Below are positions 38,086 through 49,210 of a DNA stretch of 59,216 bases, one piece after another (the stretch's first letter is position 1; the number at the start of each line of letters is the position of its first letter). The notes below the pieces were generated by a model, which saw only the letters and a program-made list of their open reading frames with translations, had not been told where the DNA came from and ran no database searches. Source of the stretch: Candidatus Caldarchaeum sp. GTDB lineage: Archaea; Thermoproteota; Nitrososphaeria_A; Caldarchaeales; Caldarchaeaceae. The stretch is from the NCBI GenBank assembly GCA_038844785.1, contig JAWBRA010000010.1, forward strand, positions 1 to 59,216, in the 5' to 3' direction. Made by a program: the position numbers and the translations under genes.

Positions 38086-39059
38086 AGTTTAACATCCTCT
38101 GAACCGTACAGGTGGCAGTAGACTGTTCTGTTGGGGTGGGGGGTGCTTGGCCCGGGCTCGAGGGTCGTGCATGGTTTGAAGACGTAAGGGCACCGTGGAT
38201 GGAACCTGCATCCAGGTGGTGGGTTGGCTAGGTTTGGGACGGAGCCTTTTATAGATGGAAGTATCTGTTTTCTTGCGCGAGCGTAACTGTTCCTTAAAGC
38301 CTGTGTATATGGGTGAAGAGGGTTCTGCATCACCTCTGCAACTGGTCCAGTCTCAACTATCTTACCTGCATACATTACGGCAACTTCGTCCGCTATCCTT
38401 GGAACGATTGCCAGCTCATGTGTGATGAAAATGATGGCCATTTTATATTTCTCTTTAAAGCTTGTGATCAGGTCGAGTATCTGGCTTTGAATTGTTACGT
38501 CAAGTGCTGATGTCGGTTCGTCTGCAATCAGTAGAGTTGGATTGCATGAGAGCGAGATGGCGATGAGGACACGCTGCCTCATGCCACCGCTGAGCTCATG
38601 CGGATAGCTCCTGGAAACGCGGTTTGGGTCAGGTACCTGAACATCCGTAAGAAGGCCTACGGATTTTCCCATAGCTTCAGCCAAGGGCATGTTCAAATGC
38701 TCTATCAAGGTCTCCGCGACTTGAAAACCAGATGTCATCAGAGGGTTGAGAAAAGTCATGGGGTCTTGAAAAACCATGCCTATTTTTCTTCCCCGAATCC
38801 GTCGTATTTCCACCTGACTCTTTGTGAGAAGGTCTTGTCCTTCAAAAATGATTTTTCCGTCGACGATTCGGCCTGGAGGTGTGAGAAGGCCGAGGATGGA
38901 TGATACAAGAGTTGATTTACCGCATCCTGACTCGCCCACTATAGCCAGGCATCGCCCCCTCTCCACGCTGAAGCTCACACCGTCAACAGCCTTCACCACA
39001 CCGTTTGGCGTAAAATAGTATGCTTTCAGGTCCTCAACCTGGAGAATTGTTTCACTCAT
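38082..39059 (-). CDS. dppD: Peptide ABC ATPase
   Basis: GESGCGKST, YPHELSGGMRQR, ADEPT.ALD. Confidence 0.88.
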   Translation of the reverse strand: MSETILQVEDLKAYYFTPNGVVKAVDGVSFSVERGRCLAIVGESGCGKSTLVSSILGLLTPPGRIVDGKIIFEGQDLLTKSQVEIRRIRGRKIGMVFQDPMTFLNPLMTSGFQVAETLIEHLNMPLAEAMGKSVGLLTDVQVPDPNRVSRSYPHELSGGMRQRVLIAISLSCNPTLLIADEPTSALDVTIQSQILDLITSFKEKYKMAIIFITHELAIVPRIADEVAVMYAGKIVETGPVAEVMQNPLHPYTQALRNSYARARKQILPSIKGSVPNLANPPPGCRFHPRCPYVFKPCTTLEPGPSTPHPNRTVYCHLYGSEDVKL

Positions 39060-39952
39060 GTCTTTTTCCTCCTCATCGATTTGACGACTATTGGGGCTTT
39101 AGGGTCTAAAGCCGCTCTCAGCCCGTCGCCAACCATGTTGAATGCTAAGATCGTGACGAAGATCATGATTCCTGGGAAGATGAGAATGTGTGGAGCTGAG
39201 AAAATGTAAGTCCGACCTCCGCCAAGCATGGCTCCCCACTCAGGGGTTGGAGGCTGAACACCTAGACCTAGGAAGCCGAGGCCTGAAGCTACTAGAATCG
39301 TGAAGCCAATGTAATATGTTGACTGAACGACTATCACAGGCAAAACGTTGGGCATGATATGTTTTAGCATAATCTGCGCTGAGTTTAGTCCAAGAAGACG
39401 GGCGGCTTTGACGAAGTCCTCGTTCTTGATGGCCAGCACTTGGCCACGGACCAGTTTTATGTAGACCGGGATAGTGCTCACGCCTACTGCGATGACGACG
39501 TTTACAAGCCCTACACCTAGGGCTGCCACAAGCGAAAGAGCCAGCAATATGCTGGGAAAACTCAGCAGAACGTCTGCAACCCTTTGTATCACGGTGTCGG
39601 TTTTATCGCCAAAGTATCCTGAGATAAGCCCGAGGACGACGCCTACAGACGCTCCGATCATTACTGAGAATATTCCTATCCCCAGCGACACAGGAGCTCC
39701 GTGAACTATTCTGCTGAGGATATCGCGTCCAAGCTCATCCCTTCCCAGCAATCCACCGACCCCCGGCGGCTCCAGAGCTCTGTTGAGATTTGTTTTGATA
39801 GGGTCTTCAGGAACGATGATCGGCCCGAGCACGCTCATGACAACAAGAACGGTTAAAATAACTAGGCCAGCTACAGCTCCCAAATCACTCCTGAACCTAA
39901 GCCATGCCTCAGCATACTTTGTTTCCTGAACCACTACGGCCTCTCTATCCAA
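39056..39952 (-). CDS. dppC: Peptide ABC permease
   Basis: LGRD.LGRD, KHIMPN, FLGLG..PP.PEWG, GDGLR.ALDP. Confidence 0.88.
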   Translation of the reverse strand: MDREAVVVQETKYAEAWLRFRSDLGAVAGLVILTVLVVMSVLGPIIVPEDPIKTNLNRALEPPGVGGLLGRDELGRDILSRIVHGAPVSLGIGIFSVMIGASVGVVLGLISGYFGDKTDTVIQRVADVLLSFPSILLALSLVAALGVGLVNVVIAVGVSTIPVYIKLVRGQVLAIKNEDFVKAARLLGLNSAQIMLKHIMPNVLPVIVVQSTYYIGFTILVASGLGFLGLGVQPPTPEWGAMLGGGRTYIFSAPHILIFPGIMIFVTILAFNMVGDGLRAALDPKAPIVVKSMRRKKT

Positions 39953-40878
39953 AGGCTCTCCCTCACACGCGGGTCAACATATGCGTAGAGGATGTCGATG
40001 ATCACGTTGACGGCCACGAACAATGTTGCGAAGATTAGTATGGCTCCTTGAACGAGCGGATAGTCGCGGGCAAGTATACCATCCACTATCAACCGGCCCA
40101 TGCCTGGATATGCGAAAACCGTTTCCGTCAGCACTGCTCCGCCGAGAAGTGAGCCAAACTGAATCCCTGAGATAGTTATGACTGGTATGAGAGAGTTTTT
40201 TAAAGCATGTCTGTAGAGGACAACCTTCTCCCTCAGCCCTTTAGCCCTAGCTGTTCTTATGAAGTTCTGTCCGAGAACCTCGAGCATCGATGCCTTTGTT
40301 ATCCTGACTATGTTAGCCATTAGGAAGAGGGCTAGAACGATGCTGGGGAGAATTAGATGGCTTGGAGAACCTATGCCGCCTGCCGGCAGAAGCTTTAAGG
40401 TAACTGAGAAGACGAGGATAAGCATCAAGCCTAGCCAGTAGACAGGCATGGAAATCCCGAATAGAGAGGCAAACGTTATGCCTAAGCCTATGGAGCTGTT
40501 TCTCTTTATGGCTGCAACCACACCGGCTACTATGCCTGTTGGAACAGCTATGAGATGCGCCATGACTGTGAGAAGGATTGTGTTTGGAAGTTTTTCCATG
40601 ACCTCAACCGTCACCGGCCTGCCTGTTCTTGCACTCTTGCCTAAATCCCCTCTAAACAGGTCGCCGAAAAACAGGAACAGCTGCTCATGGAGTGGTTTAT
40701 CAAGCCCAAGCTGCCTCCTAATCTCCTCGACCTGCTCCTTGCTTGCTTCAGGTCCCGCGATTATGACAGCCGGGTCGCCGGGAAGAACCCTCAGCATGAA
40801 GAAAATAATTAAAGCTACGCCAACAAGCGTCGGAACGGCTTGAACAAGTCTCCGCAGCACATACTTGATCAGCGCCAA
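39934..40878 (-). CDS. dppB: Peptide ABC permease
   Basis: PGDP, TARAKGL, HALKN, ETVF..PG.G, DYP, DPR. Confidence 0.88.
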   Translation of the reverse strand: MALIKYVLRRLVQAVPTLVGVALIIFFMLRVLPGDPAVIIAGPEASKEQVEEIRRQLGLDKPLHEQLFLFFGDLFRGDLGKSARTGRPVTVEVMEKLPNTILLTVMAHLIAVPTGIVAGVVAAIKRNSSIGLGITFASLFGISMPVYWLGLMLILVFSVTLKLLPAGGIGSPSHLILPSIVLALFLMANIVRITKASMLEVLGQNFIRTARAKGLREKVVLYRHALKNSLIPVITISGIQFGSLLGGAVLTETVFAYPGMGRLIVDGILARDYPLVQGAILIFATLFVAVNVIIDILYAYVDPRVRESLWIERP

Positions 40879-41034
40879 ATACTCTTCTTCTGAAATCAGA
40901 GAACTGCGTCTTCTTAAAAACTTTTAAACGATGCTCACGTTTTTCGACCTTTAACGCGAGCAGCCGACCAATTTTTCCTTGACCGATGGCTCATTACAGC
41001 GACTGAGGTTCCAGGTTTGAAATCGATGGTTTTT

Positions 41035-41055
41035 AAATATAAAATTTTTATATTT
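41035..41055. promoter_or_regulatory. Perfect 21-bp AT palindrome over the dppA promoter
   Basis: AAATATAAAA-T-TTTTATATTT ending 20 nt before ATG 41075. Confidence 0.45.
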
Positions 41056-41074
41056 CAGCATCTTTTCCGTCTCC

Positions 41075-42661
41075 ATGAAAAGCGTCAACGCTATCACCAA
41101 GATTCAGGCAGTTGTGGTGGCAGTGGTTGTCATAGTGGCCGGGCTAGGTGCAACCCTTTTCCTAACCCAGACACCGACACAACCAACTCTCGAGAGGATA
41201 CGTATCGCGATTGGAATCGAGCCTGATACGTTGGACCCGACAGCCCAGACGACGACGCTCATCGCCAACGTCATGTACTACATGTACGATACGTTGGTGA
41301 GGATTCAGGACCCTGAGGGAAAGGTGGTTCCAGGGCTTGCTGAGTCATGGACCGTTAGCCCTGACGGCCTCACCTACACATTCAACCTGAGACGCGGAGT
41401 AAAGTTCCATGACGGCAGCACGCTAAACGCAAACGTTGTCAAGCAAAACTTCGACAGAATGCTTGACCCTAAGACACGCTCTCCTCAGAGAGGTGTCCTA
41501 GGCCACACCAAAATTGACAAGGTTTCAGTCGTAGGCGAACATACCGTTGAAGTCAAGCTGAAAGAACCTTTCGCACCATTCTTAAGAGGTTTGGCAAGCA
41601 TCCACTCAGCAATCATCTCACCAGCAGCCCTGCAAAAATATGGAACAGGGCTTGTTGAGGAACCCTCTGGTACTGGGCCTTTCAAATTCGTCAAGTGGAA
41701 CAGAGGTGAAAGCCTGATCCTAGAAAGGTTCGATGAATACTGGGACCAGAAAGCCACGATCAAAGAGCTTGTCTTCAGGTTCATGCCTGAAGCAGCGTCG
41801 CGTGAAGCCGCGTTGCTCGCCGGCGATGTTGACATAGCCGTGCTCCCACCGGCCTCAGACATATCGAAGCTCAAGCAGGATGCCAAGGTTAAGGTCTACA
41901 CGCCGCCGACACAGCGAATCATCTTCATAGCTCTCAACACACAATGGGGTCCGCTGAAGGACGTGCGCGTAAGGCAGGCTCTCAACTACGCCGTTGACAA
42001 AAACGCGATAGTTGAGAAAGTGGTTTTCGGGCTTGCTCGTCCAGCAGTAGCCCCGCTTCCAGAGTTCCTCATTAAGAACACCAAGGTAGGCTTCTACGAT
42101 TACAACCCGTCGAAGGCTAAGCAACTGCTTGCGGAAGCCGGATATGCCAACGGCTTTAAGATAACCCTCCTACATCCGGTTGGGAGATACATTCAGGACA
42201 AGCAGGTGGCTGAGGCTGTCCAAGCCTACCTGAGGGAGGTGGGGGTGGAAGTTGAGCTGAAGACGGCAGACTGGCCGACCTTCGTCGCCAGCATAAACCA
42301 AAAGACACTGGAAGAACAGATACAGAGCCATCAAGCTGTTCTGCTGGGCTGGGGTTACTGGCTCTACGACCCGCATCCACAGCTCTATGGACAGTTCCAC
42401 TCATCCCAATGGCCGAAGAACGGGCTCGCCCCAGCGTTCTACAAAAACCCAAGAGTAGACGAACTCCTAGACCAGGCGGCTAAAACGGTAGACGAAGAAA
42501 AGAGAACGCAGATGTACATCGAGGTCAGCAAACTGATATGGGAAGACGCGCCGTGGATATTCCTCCACGTTCAAAGCTACTTCATAGTAGCAAGAGCAGA
42601 CCTCAAAGACCTCATCATGCAGAACAACGAGATGTTCTTCGTAACATACGGGAAACTGTAA
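41075..42661 (+). CDS. dppA: Peptide/glutathione ABC substrate-binding protein (family 5)
   Basis: N-terminal anchor, LDP, LAESW..S.DG.TYTF.LR.GVKFHDG, GTGPF, VRQALNYA. Confidence 0.9.
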   Translation: MKSVNAITKIQAVVVAVVVIVAGLGATLFLTQTPTQPTLERIRIAIGIEPDTLDPTAQTTTLIANVMYYMYDTLVRIQDPEGKVVPGLAESWTVSPDGLTYTFNLRRGVKFHDGSTLNANVVKQNFDRMLDPKTRSPQRGVLGHTKIDKVSVVGEHTVEVKLKEPFAPFLRGLASIHSAIISPAALQKYGTGLVEEPSGTGPFKFVKWNRGESLILERFDEYWDQKATIKELVFRFMPEAASREAALLAGDVDIAVLPPASDISKLKQDAKVKVYTPPTQRIIFIALNTQWGPLKDVRVRQALNYAVDKNAIVEKVVFGLARPAVAPLPEFLIKNTKVGFYDYNPSKAKQLLAEAGYANGFKITLLHPVGRYIQDKQVAEAVQAYLREVGVEVELKTADWPTFVASINQKTLEEQIQSHQAVLLGWGYWLYDPHPQLYGQFHSSQWPKNGLAPAFYKNPRVDELLDQAAKTVDEEKRTQMYIEVSKLIWEDAPWIFLHVQSYFIVARADLKDLIMQNNEMFFVTYGKL

Positions 42662-42673
42662 GCACCACACCAT

Positions 42674-42684
42674 CCTCCTTTTTT
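42674..42684 (+). terminator. Oligo-T terminator (CCTCCTTTTTT)
   Basis: 13 nt after the dppA stop. Confidence 0.5.
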
Positions 42685-42856
42685 ATTCCAAGACCTCCCA
42701 CAACCAGATTTCTCTCTAAAATCAGTGTCTGCAACTGATGCTGTGAGACGCCGGCGAGGCGGTCGAGAAGGTTGAAGAGGTGCTGGGGTGAAGCGAGTTA
42801 GAATTTAGAGCCTGCGAGTAGAGGAAGCCGCGTTAACCGGCAGGGTTTAGGATTGT

Positions 42857-43516
42857 TTATCCGAACGACCTTTCTCCAGCGTCCCCCAGCCCGGGAACAA
42901 TGAACCCTCGCTCGTTCAGCTCTTTGTCCACTGCCACTGTGAAAACCTCCACCCTGCTGTCGTGTTCGAGAATTCTTGCGATAGCTTGTTGTGTTGAAAT
43001 GATTGTCGCCAGAATGATTCTCTTGGGCCTTCCCTTCTTCTCAATTTCTGCGAGAACTTTGAGAATCGTCGAGCCGGTTGCCAGCATTGGGTCGGCCACT
43101 ATGACAACCTCGTTTTCCGAAATAACCGGTATCTTTACGTAGCTTACTTCGACGTCAAAGTCGAGACCTCCCCGATATGTTTCTTCCACACGTCTCGCGC
43201 TGACAATGCCCTGCCTCGCGTTGGGGAAGACCTTGAGAAGTCCTTCGGTGAGAGGCATGGCCGCCCTCAGAACCGTGATGAGAACAACGTTGTCGATGTC
43301 GGGGATGTCTATACCCTCCGCAGGCTTGTCGAGCGGCGTAACTACCACACGTCTCTTCGTCTCAAAAGTGCGGACAATCTCAAAGCCCAACAACCTCCCC
43401 AGCTTAACCAAACCCTTCCGAAACTCAATCTGCCCCGTGCTCTTGTCCCTGATCTTTGTCAAAACCATTTGGGCATATGGATGGTTGACTACATGCAGCC
43501 TCGAACCGATATTCAC
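42857..43516 (-). CDS. upp: Uracil phosphoribosyltransferase
   Basis: HP, RD, FR, VLRA, ADPMLATGST, IVPGLGDAG. Start uncertain (GTG 43516). Confidence 0.93.
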   Translation of the reverse strand: MNIGSRLHVVNHPYAQMVLTKIRDKSTGQIEFRKGLVKLGRLLGFEIVRTFETKRRVVVTPLDKPAEGIDIPDIDNVVLITVLRAAMPLTEGLLKVFPNARQGIVSARRVEETYRGGLDFDVEVSYVKIPVISENEVVIVADPMLATGSTILKVLAEIEKKGRPKRIILATIISTQQAIARILEHDSRVEVFTVAVDKELNERGFIVPGLGDAGERSFG

Positions 43517-44170
43517 AAAAACCACGTTAAACATTATTAAATTCATTTATAAACATTAAAAGCCTTGGCCAGGCGGATTTTCGGAAAACAGCCTACACGG
43601 CTTGTTTAACGCGGAAGCCGTGGTTGAAAGCTATGCTCAAGAGAGTTGGGAGAATTCACATGTGCTGTCCGGTCGGGCTTGTCCGCTGACGGAGGCGGCG
43701 GTCGCAACCAGCATAAAATATCCGGCAGCTTCGTTGTGATGCTGAGCCGCGTGCGGCCGACAAACCGGTGGGCAACACCCTCAGCCTCCGCGAAAGCAAT
43801 AAACCATGAGAACAGTCAGGCAAGCAAGCAGCCAAACACCGGCATTCATACATTCCTGTTGATGTCCCAATCTTTCATGTTAATGTTTGCCTACCTATTC
43901 AAATAATTTTACGACGTCTTCAGGTCTATGGTGCTGAACGAAATCGGTCAAGTCAGTTTGTGAGAACAAACCTAGTCTCAACCCTACTAGCGGAGTGCAT
44001 GAGCTTTCCTAGTTGTGCAGGTCTGAAGCTTTTTGCCATCGTTGACGGGCAGTTGTTGGTAATGTCGATAAACGTTAGACGTGTGATGCAAATGCTTCTT
44101 GACGAAGAGTTCAGATACGCGGTCGGATTCCTCAGAGCGGCTTGAGGTTATGGTTGTGGCTGCCGATGCT

Positions 44171-45355
44171 TTATCTCAGCAGCATAACTAACACAGTTAT
44201 GATGACAAGTTCGACGATTATTGCCCTGACGAGCAGCGGATATACGTCTTTAACGTCGCTTTTGAAATATTCGGATGAGAGGACGAAGCAGCTGTGGGCG
44301 GGGCTCAGCATTATGCCGATGTGGCCACCCGCGAAGGCAAGCGCGACGGAGTATCCGTCTAACAGCTCCATGAGCGGTGCGAAGGTCAGCGCTACGAAGG
44401 CAAACTCTATTCCTGTCGACAGGCCTATCGTGAAGGGGACGGCGAAGGATGCCAAAGGGCCGAACGGCCCGAGAATGTTGACGAGGTCGACGCTGAGCCC
44501 GCTGGAGGAGATGTAGCTGGAGAAAATGAGCGAGCCGATGATTATCAAAGTGACGTTGAGGTTGACACCCTTCATGAAAACCTCCTTCAACTCCTTCAAA
44601 CACATCCGGCTGTAAACGAGGTAGGCGAGCAGCGTGAGGCCTATTGCTATAGGCAGGGGTATCGTGAAGGAGAGGATGGCTACAAGCCCGAGGGGCCAAA
44701 GCGAGACCAAGTCCCTTAGAAGCCCCGAATCCTTGCTGCGAGGGAGCTTCGGCAGAATCACCAGCCCGGCTACCGCGGCCGCAAACGCCGCTGGCCACGT
44801 GCGAGAGACTAGGCTGACAAGGCTGACATGGAGTATTGCTGAAGCCAGTATGACGCCTTGGTAGAGAGGCCAGACGGGTATCCATATGTGCCTCCACCAG
44901 TAGTTGATTAAGACCCTCAGCCTTGTGTCGAGTTTGAGACGTTCGTAGAACCGGTCTGCTATTGTGGCGGAGACGTATGCGCCTCCGGGCATGGGAAGCA
45001 GGCCGATGACGGCGGGGATGCCTACAGCCGTCGCCTTTGACCCGAAGACAATCATCCCGTTGTAGATTCTTTCTCCATCCCTTCGCATAGCGTAGGAGAG
45101 CGTCATCGAAAAATACAGAGAAAGCATCACCTCGAGCATCCTCTGGTTGAACGCTCCCATGGAGGCTTGCAGAAACATCTGCGGCGCCATCGAGGATACG
45201 CCATAAAGCACGGCTCCCGCAATTAACGCATACCCGACATTAAGCCTCTTCGACAGCACCAGGGCGACGACAACTCCAACCGATACAGTCAGCAGCAGAA
45301 CGTTCAGGTAACCCAACTCGGCTGCATTCTCCAGTGTATACTTCATATTAAACAT
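44171..45355 (-). CDS. DUF401-like integral membrane protein
   Basis: PAVIGLLPMPGGA..SA, NYWWRH..W...PLY, SPAH.C...S.EYF. Confidence 0.8.
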   Translation of the reverse strand: MFNMKYTLENAAELGYLNVLLLTVSVGVVVALVLSKRLNVGYALIAGAVLYGVSSMAPQMFLQASMGAFNQRMLEVMLSLYFSMTLSYAMRRDGERIYNGMIVFGSKATAVGIPAVIGLLPMPGGAYVSATIADRFYERLKLDTRLRVLINYWWRHIWIPVWPLYQGVILASAILHVSLVSLVSRTWPAAFAAAVAGLVILPKLPRSKDSGLLRDLVSLWPLGLVAILSFTIPLPIAIGLTLLAYLVYSRMCLKELKEVFMKGVNLNVTLIIIGSLIFSSYISSSGLSVDLVNILGPFGPLASFAVPFTIGLSTGIEFAFVALTFAPLMELLDGYSVALAFAGGHIGIMLSPAHSCFVLSSEYFKSDVKDVYPLLVRAIIVELVIITVLVMLLR

Positions 45356-45609
45356 GCCTGAAAAGGCCTACAGCGCTCTCGGGCAGAAAAACTATGGTAT
45401 TTCGCAGTGATCAAAGCACTGTGGACAACTCACAACCTGTTCAAGCTGCGAAAAACGGCAGTAGGTAACCAAATTTTTTCGACAGCAAGTCTAGAGCCTG
45501 TGAAACGCTGGAGCAAGCATATGAGACGATTAAGGACGGGCGACTGCGATTGATTAAGCACTAAAGGTCAACGCTGGCCATTAATGACATGAGGAACAAG
45601 CTTGCCATC

Positions 45610-46125
45610 CTACGTTGCCTTAAATTTTGCTATAGCTGTCTTATCGAATTCTATCCCTACGCTAAGTTTGTCGCTGGGCTGCACATATACCTCTTCTGGT
45701 TCTAACGTTTCTTGATACAACATCATGTCGCTTTCACACAGGAAATACTTGACGGTGAGACCGTTTGGCACCGCGGCGACCAAATGAGCGTGTACGTCGT
45801 GGGCGGCGTGCGGCGCTACAGGTATGTTAAAGGCTTCAGCCATCTCGGCTATTTTAAGCCATTCAGTTATGCCGCCGCAAAACATCACGTCGGGCTGTAC
45901 TATGTCTACTGCCTCCCTGCATAAAAGCTCTTTGAAACCATATTTTGTGTATTCAAGCTCTCCCGACGCGACCGGCACATCCAATGTTTTCGCCACTAAA
46001 GCGCTTCCATCCAAATCATCAGGCCATACAGGCTCTTCAAACCACATGATATCGTATTTTTCGAAAGCACGGCCCGCCTTGATTGCTTGATATCTGTTGT
46101 AGGCATTGTTAACATCTACAGCTAT
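45610..46125 (-). pseudogene. C-terminal fragment of a mandelate racemase/enolase-superfamily enzyme
   Basis: VDVN, WFEEP, ASGE, QPD...GGITE, APH; N-terminal capping domain missing. Confidence 0.8.
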
Positions 46126-46260
46126 TTACCGCATGCACTCAACCTTTGAGATATTCATTTCACGGAATTATAGTCATCTGCGGTATATCGATTGTTGGAA
46201 GTCAGTTGACTGTACATGTATCCTACCTGCTTTGTGGCTACTTTGTCCCCCGTTTTCCGC

Positions 46261-46565
46261 TCAGTATGCTAGGTAGACTGTTTTGTTTAGTGAAGCAGCT
46301 TCGTCCTGTTCATTCATCATGCCCCAGCTTGATAAGTCTACGAAAAGCACATACGGCTCTTCGCCGACGGTTGGTCTGTTAATCCTTACGACTCCTTCCT
46401 CGATTTTATCTATGAATTCGAAATACCTTTGTAGGTTGTGTGTGGAGATGGATCCGGCCGGCAAAGCGAGAGACACGTGTCCACAACTGGGGACTAACCC
46501 TGGTTAGACGTCAGAAAAATATGATTGCAGCGTCGGGGATTTTTCTGCCGAAAATCGGCTTGCAC
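46261..46565 (-). pseudogene. Aldehyde dehydrogenase remnant
   Basis: VQ....KNP joined to GVVRINRPT.GEE.....SS...EQ...KTVY, implying a large internal deletion. Confidence 0.65.
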
Positions 46566-46759
46566 GCAAAGGTGTGAAATTGTTTTTCTGAGCTACCGTG
46601 TTTAGAAAAAAGTGATTGTGATGCGTAGCGGCAGAGAAGCTTTTGATCGTTCCGTTTCCATCTTCTGGACGTTGGTCTGCAATTTTTACGGAATGGGTCT
46701 AGAAGAGGGGCTCTTTCAGGACTTGTCGAAGAAGCTCTTACGGAGCTTTTGGACCGGTT

Positions 46760-47350
46760 GGAACATCCCCCACCATCCCAAACATATCGAGCTTACAAAG
46801 GTGAGAGGCTGGTTAAGGAGTTACTTTCACCGATTTCATCGCCAGCTTCCCGCTCTGTTGTCCGGCGAGGGCCATAATCCTCCGCGGACCATATGCAAAC
46901 AACATCCTTGGAAACACCCCTCCGAACGAAGGATTCCAGAAGTTCCATGAGGTAGGAGACGAGAACTCGACCGTAGCCATTTGGCTGAAGGCGGTTGGCT
47001 ACGGGACGATGCTGGCCGGCAAGTATCTCAACGGCAACGGCAAGGACGATGAGTACGCTACATACATACCGCCCGGACGGGATGGCATGCAGTCATCAAA
47101 AGACATTACTTCCACTAAGTAGTCAACTAGAACGGAACGCTGCTATGCTATGGCGACGACGCCGGAGACTAACTGACGTGCCGGCTTCGAAGGTGATGAA
47201 TTTCACCAGCCGGACCGCTGGCAGACAGCCTTTCTTCATCTATTTCTCCCCGTTCGCCTACACAGCCCAGCGACTCCACGCCCGCGTCACAAAAGCGCCT
47301 TTCTCGGCGAAAGAAACTAAATCATCTAACTGGTCACGAGCTACAAAGAG
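46760..47350 (+). pseudogene. Sulfatase remnant
   Basis: GVTFT....PLCCPARAIILRG (CxPxR signature), WLKAVGY.T..AGKYLN, QPFF.Y..P.A, spread over different frames. Confidence 0.75.
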
Positions 47351-47429
47351 CTAGACGATTCAGCCACATGATGGAAGATGATAATAGGAAGCATGTTTCG
47401 AAGAGGGCCATGCTGGAGGTCAAAGGCGT

Positions 47430-47930
47430 TTGACAGCTGGTTTAGACATGCTAGTCTCCATTCTTCCCCCACCAGCAGGCCTCGTATCGACGCTGCTGTT
47501 AGCCATCGTCGCCCTAGCCCTGGTCTTCATAGTGGGAGGCGTGATGGTCGCCCTCATCACACTAACCTTCCTAGGGCCGTATCTTAGCGGTTTACTCACC
47601 ATTGTTGCTGCTTTGGCAGGCTTCGTGATAGGCGGCCTGGTCGCTGTTTTCCTGCTGCGGCTCGGCATCGGAATCTGTCTAGGCATTCTCGCATACTACT
47701 TGGCGCTGGCGCTAGGTGCGGGCATGACGGTCGGCATCTTGGCTGCAGTAGTACTATTCATGATAGGAGTGGTTTTGTCGGAAAAGGTTCTGGCGCTTAC
47801 AACCGTGTTGCTCGGCGGCATCCTGCTAATCCAATCCCTCGCTGTTCTCGGTGTTCCGCTCTTCGTCTCGCTACCGTTGGCCCTAGTTTTGGCCGCTGCG
47901 GGGCTGTATGTCCAACTGCGGAAGAGTTAA
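47430..47930 (+). CDS. Hypothetical Gly/Leu-rich membrane protein
   Basis: ~6 hydrophobic helices; intact ORF. Confidence 0.6.
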   Translation: MTAGLDMLVSILPPPAGLVSTLLLAIVALALVFIVGGVMVALITLTFLGPYLSGLLTIVAALAGFVIGGLVAVFLLRLGIGICLGILAYYLALALGAGMTVGILAAVVLFMIGVVLSEKVLALTTVLLGGILLIQSLAVLGVPLFVSLPLALVLAAAGLYVQLRKS

Positions 47931-48306
47931 GTAATGTTCACCTGACGCGCCTGCCGTTTACCTCGAGCCTTGGGCTGGGTTTACTAATGGTAAGTAGGTC
48001 CAATCCTCGACCGTTCCTTATTCAGCCGATCCACGACCCTTACGCCGACCTGCTGGCCTAAGACCTACTGAATGACTTGCGAAACGGCGACAAAGCCAGC
48101 GCCCCAGAACTCTTCAGCAAACTTTTGGTGATGTAAATCTGGTCAAAACTTTTCAGCTTTGTCTCAGAATTTAGACCTCGCCTTTGTTCGCAGCATGTTG
48201 GTCAACGGTTTTCTTCTCCTCTGAAGGGTTTGTGTTCAATAAGCAACGTGAGGTGAATGAGGCTGGCATCCAGTTCTTTTACCATAACAGCCGGATGTAA
48301 CGGACG

Positions 48307-48716
48307 CTATCGTGAGACGGGAATTACCTTCACTCCCCTTCTCGCAGCGGCTTAATTCGTTATCATAGCTCGCTGTGGCCAGCCTAGCTCTTAATGCTGT
48401 GGAGAGGATTATTTAGTCGTGTAACTCTCTTGCTTCGATATTGTCCTCGTTGGCGAGCCTGAAGGCTCCAGCTAGGTCTGACGGCTCTTCGCATACTAGT
48501 CTGATGTGCTCTTGGCTCAGCAACTGTTCTACTTTCTCCGACACCTTGAGAAATGGAATTCTAAACCTTCTAGTCAGAAGCCAAATGTATTAGTCGATGA
48601 CTATCGAGGGTATCAGCAAGTTCCCAGATGAGTATGTCGGTCGCGTCAGAATGGTGTTCTGAGTCCTCGAAGGCCTCGTAGGTTAGGACGTTGGTGTCAA
48701 CCAACAGATTCTCTAA
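48307..48716 (-). pseudogene. vapC: VapC (PIN) toxin pseudogene
   Basis: LLVDTNVL, IPSIVID*, HD*IILSTA, SYD; stops and frameshifts. Confidence 0.75.
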
Positions 48717-48930
48717 CGGCTCTCTCCACCTCCTCCAGCTCCTCAACCGTGAACCTTTGGCCAGCTCTGAACGTAATTCTCTTCCGTTTCCAGGGAACTA
48801 TGACAGCCCTGTCCCCTTCCGCCAGCACTTCGACAACATCTCCTCACGGATACCTAGAGCATCCCCGGGCCGCGGCGGGGATTGTAAGCTGATAGTTGCG
48901 TGTAATCTTTACCCTGACCACTCTAGTCAC
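48698..48930 (-). pseudogene. AbrB/SpoVT-type antitoxin pseudogene
   Basis: VKITRNYQLTIPA..(R.ALGIREG)DVVEV, with compensating indels that generate a TGA. Confidence 0.75.
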
Positions 48931-48934
48931 ATTC

Positions 48935-48956
48935 ACATACTTGCCCATAAGTATGT
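48935..48956. promoter_or_regulatory. Palindromic TA autoregulatory operator
   Basis: ACATACTT-gcccat-AAGTATGT directly upstream of the antitoxin start. Confidence 0.6.
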
Positions 48957-49210
48957 CTAGTTACCGCTCTCGTTAGGCAAAAGAAATGGACGAGCCCACT
49001 CACGACCAGTAGAGGAATCTTTCTTTCAGAGAGGTTCTGGACCATTTGTTGTCAACCATCCCAGACATATAAAACCATGAAAAGCTTGATGTGGAGGCTG
49101 AGAGGTTAGAACAGCTTTACGGTCTGGAAGTGGGTTGCATGGTCTGAACGAGTCGTCCACAAAGCTGAAACTTGGGGCAAGAGTAGGTTGAGCAGCTTTT
49201 GGGATTTATT

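Noticed and set aside
37905-38990. Repeated DNA (GTTGATTTACCGCATCC; ACACCGTCAACAGC)
   Set aside because: Paralogous Walker A regions of dppD and dppF, not a repeat element.
43603-43630. Degenerate CRISPR repeat ending TTGAAAG (possible Cre-type regulatory mini-array)
   Set aside because: Only ~16/28 identity, mostly the selected tail; no second pseudo-repeat; 6 kb from the cas genes.
43646-44145. Short ORFs between upp and the DUF401-like gene
   Set aside because: No recognisable motifs; likely debris.
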